Part shown: in pieces, positions 48,419-57,015 of the stretch
Numbering within the stretch: the stretch's first letter is position 1
Layout of the letters: each line of letters opens with the position of its first letter
Source of the DNA: Patescibacteria group bacterium
GTDB lineage: Bacteria > Patescibacteriota > Patescibacteriia > 2-01-FULL-39-33
Reading direction: 5' to 3'
Assembly (NCBI GenBank): GCA_041645075.1
Contig: JBAZQS010000003.1
Coordinates: 6,710 to 70,709 of the forward strand
DNA length: 64,000 nt
Program-made: the position numbers and the translations under genes
Notes under the pieces: model-generated
What the model was told of the DNA's origin: nothing
The model's input: only the letters and a program-made list of their open reading frames with translations
Database searches by the model: none

Positions 48419-48511
48419 TCAAAATGGAAAAATCAAAATGGAAAATTTAGGGCTCAATACTTTTAATTTTACATTTTAAATTGTTATTTTGATTTTTGAT
48501 TTTTGATTTTT
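48419..48511. repeat. Palindromic element A, copy 2
   Basis: ATCAAAATGGAAAAATCAAAATGGAAAAT ... TTTTGATTTTTGATTTTTGATTTT, right after the stop at 48417. Confidence 0.65.
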
Positions 48512-48524
48512 TAATTAGCTATAT

Positions 48525-49646
48525 ATGACAATAAATGATCTTATCCAGCTGCTTAATAATAGGTTGAGAGAATTTCAACTCTCCAGAGATTACGCCAGGA
48601 TGAGCGGCGATTTGGAAAGAATGAATGTTGCCGATAAAGAAATTCTTTCTTTAGAGGATACTTTGTATAAATTGAATTTATTGGTGGACACCTCCAAGTC
48701 CGCCGCTATTAGAGAGGTCATTCTGGCGGAAGTTATAACCGATGGTTCAGTCGCGGTTTTGGGAGAATACGATATCACTCTTTATGCTACCGACCCTTTG
48801 CACGAAAAAAAAATAATGAATATCTTGAGCAAAATGGGAGTGATGGAGACAGTGGAAAAAATTGATGCTTATATCAAGGGCAAATATTTGAGCAGTCCGG
48901 TTACCGGAGAGATGGTAATGAGCGCTGCTTCTGCTTATAGCGTAGACGCCCGGTTGATGATGGCTATAATGGAACAGGACTCGAGCTTTGCTACTGCCGG
49001 CAAAGCGGTAAGGACTCTAAATCCAGGCAATGTCGGTAATGATGACAGCGGTAATCTTCGCACATACGACTCGTGGCAAGAGGGCGTGACAGCAGTGGCG
49101 GCATGGCTTAGCAGACACCGTGGATTAACAACCATTTCCGAAATTCCTGAAGAAAATGTTCTTGAACCTACGGCCACTTCCCAGCCAGAGGCTGGTCCGC
49201 CTTTGGCGGAAACGACCTTAACAACCACTACAACCACTGCCACTGCCACCACCACACCAGCGGCCGCCACTTCAACTCCGGAAACCATACCGGTCATCAC
49301 TTCTACTACTACCACTGCCACCACCACACCAGCGGTAGCCACCTCAACTCCGGAAACCATACCGGTCATCACTTCAACCACTACCACCGCCACCACCACG
49401 CCGTTTACGACCACCTCCACTCCGGAAACCACACCGGTCATCACTTCCCAGCCAGAGGCTGGTCCGCCTTTGGCGGAAACGACTTCAACGACCACTACGA
49501 CCACCACCGCTACGACTACACCTCCCACCGCCCCAGAAGAGCCCGCACCGGCGACCGCCACTTCAACTCCGGAAACCATACCGGTCATCACTTCTACCAC
49601 TACCACGGCTACCACAACTACATCGACCGCCACTGCGACAGAATAG
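48525..49646 (+). CDS. Peptidoglycan hydrolase (glucosaminidase/FlgJ-like domain) with C-terminal Thr-rich tandem repeats
   Basis: ASAYSVDARLMMAIMEQDSSFA...NPGNVG...LRTYDSWQEGVTAVAAWL resembles the mannosyl-glycoprotein endo-beta-N-acetylglucosaminidase domain. 4 x ~35-aa TTTTATTTPAxATSTPETIPVITS repeats. Confidence 0.5.
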   Translation: MTINDLIQLLNNRLREFQLSRDYARMSGDLERMNVADKEILSLEDTLYKLNLLVDTSKSAAIREVILAEVITDGSVAVLGEYDITLYATDPLHEKKIMNILSKMGVMETVEKIDAYIKGKYLSSPVTGEMVMSAASAYSVDARLMMAIMEQDSSFATAGKAVRTLNPGNVGNDDSGNLRTYDSWQEGVTAVAAWLSRHRGLTTISEIPEENVLEPTATSQPEAGPPLAETTLTTTTTTATATTTPAAATSTPETIPVITSTTTTATTTPAVATSTPETIPVITSTTTTATTTPFTTTSTPETTPVITSQPEAGPPLAETTSTTTTTTTATTTPPTAPEEPAPATATSTPETIPVITSTTTTATTTTSTATATE

Positions 49647-49675
49647 CAAGCCGCTATAACAGCTGATTAACCACC

Positions 49676-50398
49676 TTGGAAAATTTTAAAAAAAATATAG
49701 AAAAATTTCTTCCATTTTTGGAAGATCTGCGTGAACGATTGTATCGCGGGGTAATTTTATTCGTCGTATTCTTTTTGGTCGGCTTTCTCTCTTCTGGAAT
49801 AATTCTAAAAAAAATATTAAAACTTGTTCATATCGATCAGGTGGTAATCGCCACTTCTTCACCATTTCAGTTTACCGAGATAGCGATGGATGTTGGGTTT
49901 TTCCTCGCGATTATGGTTTCTGTTCCGTACATAATTTATAGCTTTTATGTCTTCATTATACCCGCATTAACTAGAAGCGAGAAAATAAAACTTTTAAAAT
50001 CTATTCCTTTAAGCGTTGGATTATTCATTGTTGGATCTTTTTATGGGTTTTTTATTCTTTACTATGCTTTAGGATTATTAGCTTCTGTCAACATCAGTTT
50101 AGGGATCGCCAATTTTTGGAATATCGGTCAATTTTTAACAGAAATGCTTATTACCTCCGCTTTGTTGGGATTGGTCTTTGAGCTTCCTCTCCTCTTGTCT
50201 CTGCTTATAAAACTGGGGATAACTACACCCCAAACCCTCAAAAACAATAGGCGCGTCGCTTATTTTTTAACCATTTTTCTGACCGCTTTACTTCCGCCAA
50301 CCGATGGTGTATCATTAATAGCGATGGCACTGCCACTTGTGCTACTATACGAGGGGACGATATTATTAAATAATAAAAAAACAATATGTTTGGATTAG
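49676..50398 (+). CDS. tatC: Sec-independent translocase TatC
   Basis: 6 TM. FxxxxFxxGxxFxYF-like segments SFYGFFILYYALG... Confidence 0.8.
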   Translation: MENFKKNIEKFLPFLEDLRERLYRGVILFVVFFLVGFLSSGIILKKILKLVHIDQVVIATSSPFQFTEIAMDVGFFLAIMVSVPYIIYSFYVFIIPALTRSEKIKLLKSIPLSVGLFIVGSFYGFFILYYALGLLASVNISLGIANFWNIGQFLTEMLITSALLGLVFELPLLLSLLIKLGITTPQTLKNNRRVAYFLTIFLTALLPPTDGVSLIAMALPLVLLYEGTILLNNKKTICLD

Positions 50399-50550
50399 GA
50401 CCTAGAGAACTAATTATTTTGGCCGTTATCCTCGTTTTGCTTTTTGGCGCAAAGAAGATTCCAGAACTTGCTCGCGGTATTGGGGAGGCTGTCAGACACA
50501 TCAGAAACGGTTTTTCTGATGACAAAGACAAAACAGATAAAAAAAGTTAA
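50386..50550 (+). CDS. tatA: TatA/E copy 1 (54 aa)
   Basis: MFGLGPRELIILAVILVLLFGAKKIPELARGIGEAVRHIRNGFSDDKDKTDKKS. Not in the ORF track (<60 aa). Overlaps the tatC stop. Confidence 0.75.
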   Translation: MFGLGPRELIILAVILVLLFGAKKIPELARGIGEAVRHIRNGFSDDKDKTDKKS

Positions 50551-50652
50551 ATAGCGTAACCACTGTTGTCATCTTTACCTCCACTAACCGATGGTGTATT
50601 ATTAATTAAAAAGGTTGATCTTATTAAATAATTAAATAATAAAAAATATTAT

Positions 50653-50817
50653 ATGTTTGGATTAGGACCTACAGAAATAATTATTTTTGTCGCTATCATC
50701 GTTTTGCTTTTTGGTTCAAAAAAGATCGCGGATCTTGCTCGCAGTGTCGCGGAGGCTGTTAAAATCCTCCGGGGTAGTTTTTCAGACGAAAAAGACAAAA
50801 CAGACAAAAAAAATTAA
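50653..50817 (+). CDS. tatA: TatA/E copy 2 (54 aa)
   Basis: MFGLGPTEIIIFVAIIVLLFGSKKIADLARSVAEAVKILRGSFSDEKDKTDKKN. Part of a ~260-bp tandem duplication unit that includes a tatC 3'-end fragment. Confidence 0.75.
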   Translation: MFGLGPTEIIIFVAIIVLLFGSKKIADLARSVAEAVKILRGSFSDEKDKTDKKN

Positions 50818-50909
50818 ATCGCGTAACCACTGTTGACCTCCACTAACTGATGGTGTATTTTTAATTAAAAAGGTCGATATTATTAAATAATTAAATAATA
50901 AAAAATATT

Positions 50910-51083
50910 ATGTTTGGATTAGGACCTAGGGAACTAATTATTGTGGTCGGTATCCTCGTTTTGCTTTTTGGTTCAAAAAAGATCGCGGATCTTGCTCGCA
51001 GTGTCGCGGAGGCTGTTAAAATCCTCCGGGGTAGTTTTTCAGACGAAAAAGACAAAAAAGACAAAACAGATAAAATTGCGTAA
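50910..51083 (+). CDS. tatA: TatA/E copy 3 (57 aa)
   Basis: MFGLGPRELIIVVGILVLLFGSKKIADLARSVAEAVKILRGSFSDEKDKKDKTDKIA. Confidence 0.75.
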   Translation: MFGLGPRELIIVVGILVLLFGSKKIADLARSVAEAVKILRGSFSDEKDKKDKTDKIA

Positions 51084-51101
51084 TCATTTGTTAGCCGAAA
51101 T

Positions 51102-51740
51102 ATGAAAAATTGGATACGTATTTTTTTGGTATGCTTTGTTTTGATTGGTGGCACGGCGTTTTTTGCTTTTTATTCAATCAATCAATTAAATAAAGCATTT
51201 GATGATATAGAAGCTTCGTTTTTTGCAACCGTAAAAATACCACAAGTTCATTTTTCCGACAAAACAAATAAAGAGCAAATTCCAACCTCTACCCCAGAAA
51301 CTATTCCAACCTCTACCCCAGAAATCATCTCAACCTCAGCAACATCAACTGATTTGGATCTATCTTTCATTTTTCCAAAAAAAAACAATGAAGTTTACAT
51401 TGGTTGCACGTACCAACTTTCCTTTCAATCATCCACGACAATACGTTCATTGGAAATTGCTCTCCTTGATGATGGTACGAATGAAACCATTGAGCCGAGT
51501 GCAAGCGGTATAGCGAGGGAAAACAAAATAGAACCAAATTCTCAAAGTTTAGATTGGAAAGTGGGAGTAGTTTGGCCGGGTAAATATTATATCAAAGTGT
51601 CAAACATTAATGGTGTTGAATTAGAAAATTATAGTAAAACCTTTACGATAAGAAAAATGCCAAAAGGTATAAGTGTTGACGAAAGAGAAAAAATTTGCAA
51701 GGAATCGGACGGTTCATTTTATTTATTGGATAAGTTATAG
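51102..51740 (+). CDS. Secreted/membrane-anchored hypothetical protein with TSTPETIP repeats
   Basis: N-terminal signal anchor. IPTSTPETIPTSTPEIIS repeats resemble those of the peptidoglycan hydrolase. Confidence 0.45.
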   Translation: MKNWIRIFLVCFVLIGGTAFFAFYSINQLNKAFDDIEASFFATVKIPQVHFSDKTNKEQIPTSTPETIPTSTPEIISTSATSTDLDLSFIFPKKNNEVYIGCTYQLSFQSSTTIRSLEIALLDDGTNETIEPSASGIARENKIEPNSQSLDWKVGVVWPGKYYIKVSNINGVELENYSKTFTIRKMPKGISVDEREKICKESDGSFYLLDKL

Positions 51741-52116
51741 ATTCTGATTAATTCTTTGACTGCTTTTTCATCTTCACCCTTGCTCCGCATTTGATGTTTG
51801 ACGTGAGAGCGCAAGTGATTTTCGAGAAGGAAGCTGGCGAGGCTTTAGTGGAGCGTATGATTCAATTCAGAGCCACCACGCGTTCCGCGCGTGCGATTAG
51901 TCTGAATTACTTTCAAAAAATGTTCGAACTTCGTCCAAAAAACACCGCCAGATTTCCAAGTTTGAACCTTAGTGTTTGCAACGTGTTTTGACCCCCTTGG
52001 GGGTTCAGGAGGTTCGATCTTGGCAACTTGAAGGTCTATAAGAACATCAAAGACTGGCGTCCATATAGGCGTCAGTTTTTGATTTCTGCGGAGTATTTTA
52101 TTTTCTACTTTAACTG

Positions 52117-52150
52117 TAGCCCCATGGGGAATCGAACCCCAATTTCCTCC
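52117..52150 (-). other. tRNA 3'-half fragment (anticodon-stem 3' strand GGAGG, variable loop, T-arm TGGGGTTCGATTCCCCA, acceptor TGGGGCT, discriminator A)
   Basis: Read on the minus strand as GGAGGAAATTGGGGTTCGATTCCCCATGGGGCTA. No 5' half adjacent. Confidence 0.5.
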
Positions 52151-52174
52151 GCCTGCCCTGTTAAATAAATTCTG

Positions 52175-52246
52175 TACCGCCGCGGGGAATCGAACCCCGG
52201 TTTTCTCCGTGAGAGGGAGATGTCCTAGCCGCTAGACGATGGCGGC
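52175..52246 (-). tRNA. tRNA-Glu (anticodon CUC), 72 nt, no encoded CCA
   Basis: GCCGCCATCGTCTAGCGGCTAGGACATCTCCCTCTCACGGAGAAAACCGGGGTTCGATTCCCCGCGGCGGTA. Anticodon stem TCTCC/GGAGA, loop CTCTCAC (U33, CTC, A37), T-loop TTCGATT. Acceptor stem G1·U72 with an A7·C66 mismatch. Confidence 0.65.
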
Positions 52247-52261
52247 TTAAATTTAACAGGG

Positions 52262-52300
52262 TGAAAGAGGGAAATGTCCTAACCATTAGACGATGAGGCC
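52262..52300 (-). other. tRNA 5'-half fragment (acceptor GGCCTCA, D-arm GTCT/AATGGTTA/GGAC, anticodon 5' stem TTTCC + loop start CTCTTTC)
   Basis: Minus strand GGCCTCATCGTCTAATGGTTAGGACATTTCCCTCTTTCAC. Overlaps the last 7 codons of the GIY-YIG ORF. Confidence 0.5.
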
Positions 52301-52554
52301 AAAATGTTTAATTTATAATAATATACTTTTAATTTTTTCCTTCCAGCACATGATTTCCAGTATTTTTCTCTGATTAAAGCCGTTTCTAAATTATTAGCCC
52401 TCTCCAAAATATAACACTTAAATTTTCCAAAGTGTTTGGTTGTGTTTACCTGTCCGGCTCTATGTTCTCTAACTCTCCTACATATATTTTCAGAAAATCC
52501 GATGTAGGTATTTTTAGAATCCTCACTTATTAACCAATATATGAAATATTCCAT
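52279..52554 (-). CDS. GIY-YIG nuclease family protein (~91 aa from MEYFIYW; the ORF track's longer N-terminus runs through a hairpin and is unlikely)
   Basis: YFIYWLISEDSKNTYIGFSENICRRVREHRAG...TKHFGKFKCYILE...ALIREKYWK, the GIY...YIG...R...E core. C-terminal residues LASSSNG are encoded by the tRNA-fragment sequence. Confidence 0.7.
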   Translation of the reverse strand: MEYFIYWLISEDSKNTYIGFSENICRRVREHRAGQVNTTKHFGKFKCYILERANNLETALIREKYWKSCAGRKKLKVYYYKLNILASSSNG

Positions 52555-52589
52555 TTTTTTATAACAATTACCCGTTACAACTCGGAAAC

Positions 52590-52635
52590 GAGACAAACCC
52601 GCCTCGCGTCGATGAGCGAACGCGAGTCGAGGCGG
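52590..52635. terminator. Strong hairpin cccgcctcgcgtcgatgagcgaacgcgagtcgaggcggg
   Basis: 15-bp stem read directly. Separates the GIY-YIG gene from the divergent gene. Confidence 0.45.
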
Positions 52636-52707
52636 GGACAATTGTTATTATTCTACATTTATATTATAATAAAATCAAGAGTTAGGTTAAAAATTAATTT
52701 TAAAAAT

Positions 52708-53286
52708 ATGAATTCAATCGGGGGCATTAAATTAATAATAATTATTCTGATTATTATTGTGGTCGGCTTTTCCTTGTTTATCTGGGGCTATGCTTTTGGC
52801 TTAAAAGCCACCGGCATCGATGGTTTTGCCCAGGGCTGGGATGCGGCGCGCCAAGCCATTGAAAAAACCGGCCTGTTTCCCAATAATAAGGAACCGCTCT
52901 ATAATATTGCCGGCAAAATCACGGGCATTAATAATAATATCATTACCATAGAAGCGTCCCCGGTAGTTAATAACCCATTGGCCAAGCAAGCGCCCATTAA
53001 AAGAACGATTACGGTCGGCAATGACACGGTTTTTATAGAACAAAAGCAAAAAAGCCCCGAGGAATTTATGAAGGAACAAAACGAGTTTTTTCTAAAAAGA
53101 TTAAAAAATCTTGAAAATCAGGCCGAAAGCGCTCCTCCATTATTATATACGGAAAAAAGAATTAAATTCTCTGACTTGAAGGTTGGCGACAAAATCAATG
53201 TGGTCGCAGAAAATGATATAAAATACGCGACGCAAATCACGGCCAAGGAAGTTAGAAAAAATACCCAAGCAATATCAGGACAATAA
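52708..53286 (+). CDS. Signal-anchored hypothetical protein (start taken at MNSIGG; the ORF track start at 52612 lies in the hairpin)
   Basis: TM IKLIIIILIIIVVGFSLFIWGYAF, soluble C-terminal domain. Confidence 0.45.
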   Translation: MNSIGGIKLIIIILIIIVVGFSLFIWGYAFGLKATGIDGFAQGWDAARQAIEKTGLFPNNKEPLYNIAGKITGINNNIITIEASPVVNNPLAKQAPIKRTITVGNDTVFIEQKQKSPEEFMKEQNEFFLKRLKNLENQAESAPPLLYTEKRIKFSDLKVGDKINVVAENDIKYATQITAKEVRKNTQAISGQ

Positions 53287-53300
53287 TATAAAATAAAAAA

Positions 53301-53330
53301 ACGCCCCGACGTCACGTCGGGGCGTTTTTT
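53301..53330. terminator. Bidirectional rho-independent terminator (A-run, gccccgacgtcacgtcggggc, T-run)
   Basis: Member of the CCCCGACGTnACGTCGGGG hairpin family. Flanked by A7 and T9. Confidence 0.7.
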
Positions 53331-53371
53331 TAATTAAGCTGACTGGAAATATTCAAACGGAGGATTTTTTG

Positions 53372-54517
53372 TTAAATGTTAAGCTCATCAAGCAACGTCT
53401 TCTGTTTTTTAGAGATATTTTTCGGTATATCAATAATAATTTCTACGATCTGGTCTCCCCGACCGCGGCTATTTAATCGTGGCACGCCCTTATCGCGCAA
53501 CTTAAATTTGGTCTGGCTTTGCGTGCCTTCGGGTATTTTCAGTTTGACCGGCCCGTCAACGGTTTCAATATTTACCTTATCGCCCAAAACCGCTTGCCTA
53601 ATGGAAATATGATATTGGGATAAAATATCATCGCCTTGGCGCTTGAATTCCTTACTGGGCCGAACGCGGATAGTGATATATAAATCGCCCGCCATTCCCC
53701 CGGGCGCGGGCTCACCGAGATGACTAGAAGCGGGCTCGCCCTTACCAGATAATTTAAGGGCTTGGCGGTTGGCAATGCCGGCCGGTATTTTGACCTTGAT
53801 TCTTTCCGCGCCATAGGCCACGCCGGCGCCATTGCATTTAGCACATTTTTTTTCCTTTATTTTGCCGGCGCCGCGGCAATTGGCACAGATGGCTTGTGTT
53901 TGAAAATTGCCGAATATCGTCTGTTGTGATTTTATGGTCTGACCGCTGCCGCCGCAGGTGGGACAAGTATTTATTTTTGAGCCGGGCTCGGCGCCATTGC
54001 CTCCGCAGTGGTCGCATAATATCTTTTTTTGCAAATCAATAATTTTTTCCGCGCCGAAAACCGCTTCTTCAAAATCAACCGCCAATTCAATTTCCACATC
54101 ATCGCCTTGTTTACTTTTTCTTGTTCTGGTTTGCGCGCCGCCAAAAAAAGAGCTAAATACGTCTCCCAAGTCGCCGAAATCAAAATTTACATTATTAAAA
54201 CCGCCCGGCTGGAATCCGCCAAAAGGATTATTGCCTTGTGCCCGCGCAAAATCAGAATAATTAAAACCGCCCGCTTCGCCGCGAGGCGAGCCCGGTCCGC
54301 CGCCGGCGCCAAAAGTAGAGCCGAATTGGTCGTATTGTTTTCTTTTTTCAGGATTACTCAAGGTCTGATACGCTTCATTGGCTTCCTTAAACTTGTTGAC
54401 GTTGCCACTATCCTTATCTGGATGGTGCTGGTGAGCCAATTTATGAAAGGCCTTTTTTATTTCATCCTGATTGGCGCTTTTGGTTACACCCAATATGTCA
54501 TAAAAATCTTTTGCCAT
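53372..54517 (-). CDS. dnaJ: Chaperone DnaJ
   Basis: J-domain HPD (HQHHPDK), G/F region, four CxxCxGxG zinc-finger repeats. Confidence 0.9.
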   Translation of the reverse strand: MAKDFYDILGVTKSANQDEIKKAFHKLAHQHHPDKDSGNVNKFKEANEAYQTLSNPEKRKQYDQFGSTFGAGGGPGSPRGEAGGFNYSDFARAQGNNPFGGFQPGGFNNVNFDFGDLGDVFSSFFGGAQTRTRKSKQGDDVEIELAVDFEEAVFGAEKIIDLQKKILCDHCGGNGAEPGSKINTCPTCGGSGQTIKSQQTIFGNFQTQAICANCRGAGKIKEKKCAKCNGAGVAYGAERIKVKIPAGIANRQALKLSGKGEPASSHLGEPAPGGMAGDLYITIRVRPSKEFKRQGDDILSQYHISIRQAVLGDKVNIETVDGPVKLKIPEGTQSQTKFKLRDKGVPRLNSRGRGDQIVEIIIDIPKNISKKQKTLLDELNI

Positions 54518-54678
54518 AATATTATAATGTCATTGCGGGTAAAGTGAAACGACCTTTGTATTGTCATTACGAGGAGTGAGTGAAGCGAACGACGAAGCAA
54601 TCTTGAATGACCTCGCTAAATAGATTGCTTTGTCGACGAGTACGCCTCCTCGCAATAACATTCAAAGACCTCCCCCTG

Positions 54679-54957
54679 TCCTGGGCAGAGCTGAAAGCTC
54701 CTTTGGTCGCTTTCATCTACTCTCGCTTCGCTCGCTCCTGCCCGTCTGATTACAGACCCCCTTGGAAAGGGGAAGCTATCTTGCCTCCCCTTAATAAGGG
54801 GAGGCGCAAATTTGCCAGCAGGCAAATTTCAGAGGGGTTAATTAACCCCCTCCTGGCCGTTCCTGGGCAGCGCTGAATGCTCCTTATGGTCGCATTCATC
54901 GACTCTCGCTTCGCTCGCTTCTGCCCGTCGCATTAGCGACCCCCTTCGTAAGGGGGA
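54679..54957. repeat. Two ~95-bp direct repeats (54679-54772, 54861-54957) in the dnaK-dnaJ spacer, each containing a hairpin with compensatory substitutions (tgaaagc/gctttca vs tgaatgc/gcattca), separated by cctccccttaataaggggagg and gaggggttaattaacccctc hairpins
   Basis: Read directly. An inverted partial copy lies at ~54575-54600. Confidence 0.55.
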
Positions 54958-54969
54958 GGAAATAATGTA

Positions 54970-56889
54970 TTACTTCTTCACCTCCTCAAACTCCCCTTCG
55001 ACCGGCTCCTTTTCCGCTCCAGTGTTTTCTTGTTTTTGTGTTTTTGTGTCTTCCGTGTTTTCTGGTTTTTGTGAATACATAGCCGCGCCGACTTTCTGAA
55101 TCGCTTCGCTTAAAATATCATAATTTTTCTTAATCAAATCCTTGTCTTCGCCCTTGTTGGCGTTTTTCAAATCTTCAACTTTATCCATAATACCCTTGCG
55201 GTCGTCGGCGGAAACTTTATCGCCCGCGTCTTTTAGGGTCTTTTCCGTGGTGAAGATTAAATTTTCCGCCTGGTTGCGCGATTCAATTAACTCTCTTTTC
55301 TTTTTATCTTCCTCGGCGTGCGCCTCGGCGTCCCGTTTCATTTTTTCCACCTCCTCTTTGGCTAAGCCGGTTGAGGCGGTAATGGTAATATGCTGTTCTT
55401 TGCTGGTGGCTTTGTCTTTGGCTTTAACGTTTAAAATTCCATTAGCGTCAATATCAAAAGTCACTTCAATTTGGGGCACGCCCCTTGGCGCCGGCGGAAT
55501 GCCATCAAGCATAAATTTACCCAAGGTTTTATTATCAGACGCCATCGGCCTTTCGCCTTGTAAAACGTGAATTTCCACGCCCGGCTGATTATCGGCCGCC
55601 GTAGAAAAGGTCTGCGATTTTGAAGTTGGGATAGTGGTGTTTCTGTCTATTAATGGCGTCATCACCTGGCCCAACGTTTCAATGCCCAAGGTCAACGGCG
55701 TCACATCAAGCAGTAATACGTCTTTAACGTCTCCCTGTAAAACACCGGCTTGAACCGCCGCGCCCAAAGCCACGACCTCGTCAGGATTAACCGAAACATT
55801 GGGTTTCTTGCCAAAAAATTCTTCCACTTTTCGCAAGACCAAGGGCATTCTGGTCATACCGCCGACCATCAGGATTTCTTCAATATCTTTAGCGCTGACG
55901 CCCGCGTCGCTTAAGGCCTTTCTTACCGGTTCAAAAGTGGCGTCCACTAAATCCGTGACCAAACCCTCAAGCTGGGCGCGGGTAAGTCGTATCATTAAAT
56001 GTTTTGGCGAACTGTCCGGGCCGACCGTAATGAACGGCTGATTGATTTCGGTTTCCATCTGCGTGGATAATTCTATCTTGGCTTTTTCCGCCGCTTCTTT
56101 TACTCTTTGCAGGGCGGTCTGGTCTTTGGCTAAATCAATGCCTTCCTGTTTTTTGAATTCGCCTAAAATCCAACTCATAACTCTTTGGTCAAAATCGTCC
56201 CCGCCCAAATGAGTGTCGCCATTGGTTGATTTTACTTCCACGGTATCGCCGCTCACATCCAAAATAGAAATATCAAAAGTGCCGCCGCCCAAATCATAGA
56301 CCGCGATTTTCTGGCCCTTTTTCTTTTCAAAACCATAAGCCAAGGCCGCGGCCGTGGGCTCATTGATAATTCTTTTGACGGTCAAGCCGGCGATTTCGCC
56401 CGCGTCTTTGGTGGCCTGCCTTTGCGAATCGTCAAAATAAGCCGGCACCGTAATCACGGCCTCGGTAATTTTTTCGCCCAGCTTGGCTTCGGCGTCTTCC
56501 TTTAATTTTTGCAATACCATGGCGGAAATTTCCTGCGGCGCGTATTCCTTGCCACCCATCACTATTTTAACTCCGCCGTTGGCTTTCTTCATCTCAAAAG
56601 ATAATAATTTCAAATCGCGCTGGACTTCCGGGTCCTCCCATTTTCGGCCAATCAGCCGTTTAATGGAAAATAAAGTATTGGCCGGATTGGTAATCGCTTG
56701 CCTTTTAGCCGCGATACCGACTAAACGTTCGCCGTTTTTGGTAATCGCCACGATGGAAGGCGTGGTTCTCGCCCCCTCTTTGTTTTCTAAAATTTTTGGC
56801 TGGCCGCCCTCCATAACCGCCATAGCGCTGTTGGTCGTGCCCAAATCAATTCCTAAAATCTTTGGCATAGTTTTATTCCTTTTATCCAA
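54970..56889 (-). CDS. dnaK: Chaperone DnaK (Hsp70)
   Basis: [18 protein letters not shown], full-length Hsp70. The C-terminal tail carries an in-frame ACACAAAAACACAAAAACA repeat (TKTQKQ). Confidence 0.95.
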   Translation of the reverse strand: MDKRNKTMPKILGIDLGTTNSAMAVMEGGQPKILENKEGARTTPSIVAITKNGERLVGIAAKRQAITNPANTLFSIKRLIGRKWEDPEVQRDLKLLSFEMKKANGGVKIVMGGKEYAPQEISAMVLQKLKEDAEAKLGEKITEAVITVPAYFDDSQRQATKDAGEIAGLTVKRIINEPTAAALAYGFEKKKGQKIAVYDLGGGTFDISILDVSGDTVEVKSTNGDTHLGGDDFDQRVMSWILGEFKKQEGIDLAKDQTALQRVKEAAEKAKIELSTQMETEINQPFITVGPDSSPKHLMIRLTRAQLEGLVTDLVDATFEPVRKALSDAGVSAKDIEEILMVGGMTRMPLVLRKVEEFFGKKPNVSVNPDEVVALGAAVQAGVLQGDVKDVLLLDVTPLTLGIETLGQVMTPLIDRNTTIPTSKSQTFSTAADNQPGVEIHVLQGERPMASDNKTLGKFMLDGIPPAPRGVPQIEVTFDIDANGILNVKAKDKATSKEQHITITASTGLAKEEVEKMKRDAEAHAEEDKKKRELIESRNQAENLIFTTEKTLKDAGDKVSADDRKGIMDKVEDLKNANKGEDKDLIKKNYDILSEAIQKVGAAMYSQKPENTEDTKTQKQENTGAEKEPVEGEFEEVKK

Positions 56890-57015
56890 ATATCTATTAT
56901 TAAAGATAGTTGGGTTTATTAATTTTTTTATTAAGCTAACTTTTTAAATTAAGAATTAAAAATTAAGAATTAAGAATTAATTATTTAATTTTTAATTATT
57001 AATTGTTAATTAATT

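Noticed and set aside
42891-49646. Intact prophage
   Set aside because: There are no capsid, portal, terminase or integrase genes. Only fibre-like proteins and a peptidoglycan hydrolase are present, so the region is a cassette or remnant rather than a prophage.
52612-52707. N-terminal 32 codons of ORF 52612..53286 and N-terminal 29 codons of ORF 52279..52641
   Set aside because: Both extensions run through the same 15-bp-stem hairpin (52590-52635). Internal Met codons (MNSIGG; MEYFIYW) give sensible starts with the expected protein sizes.
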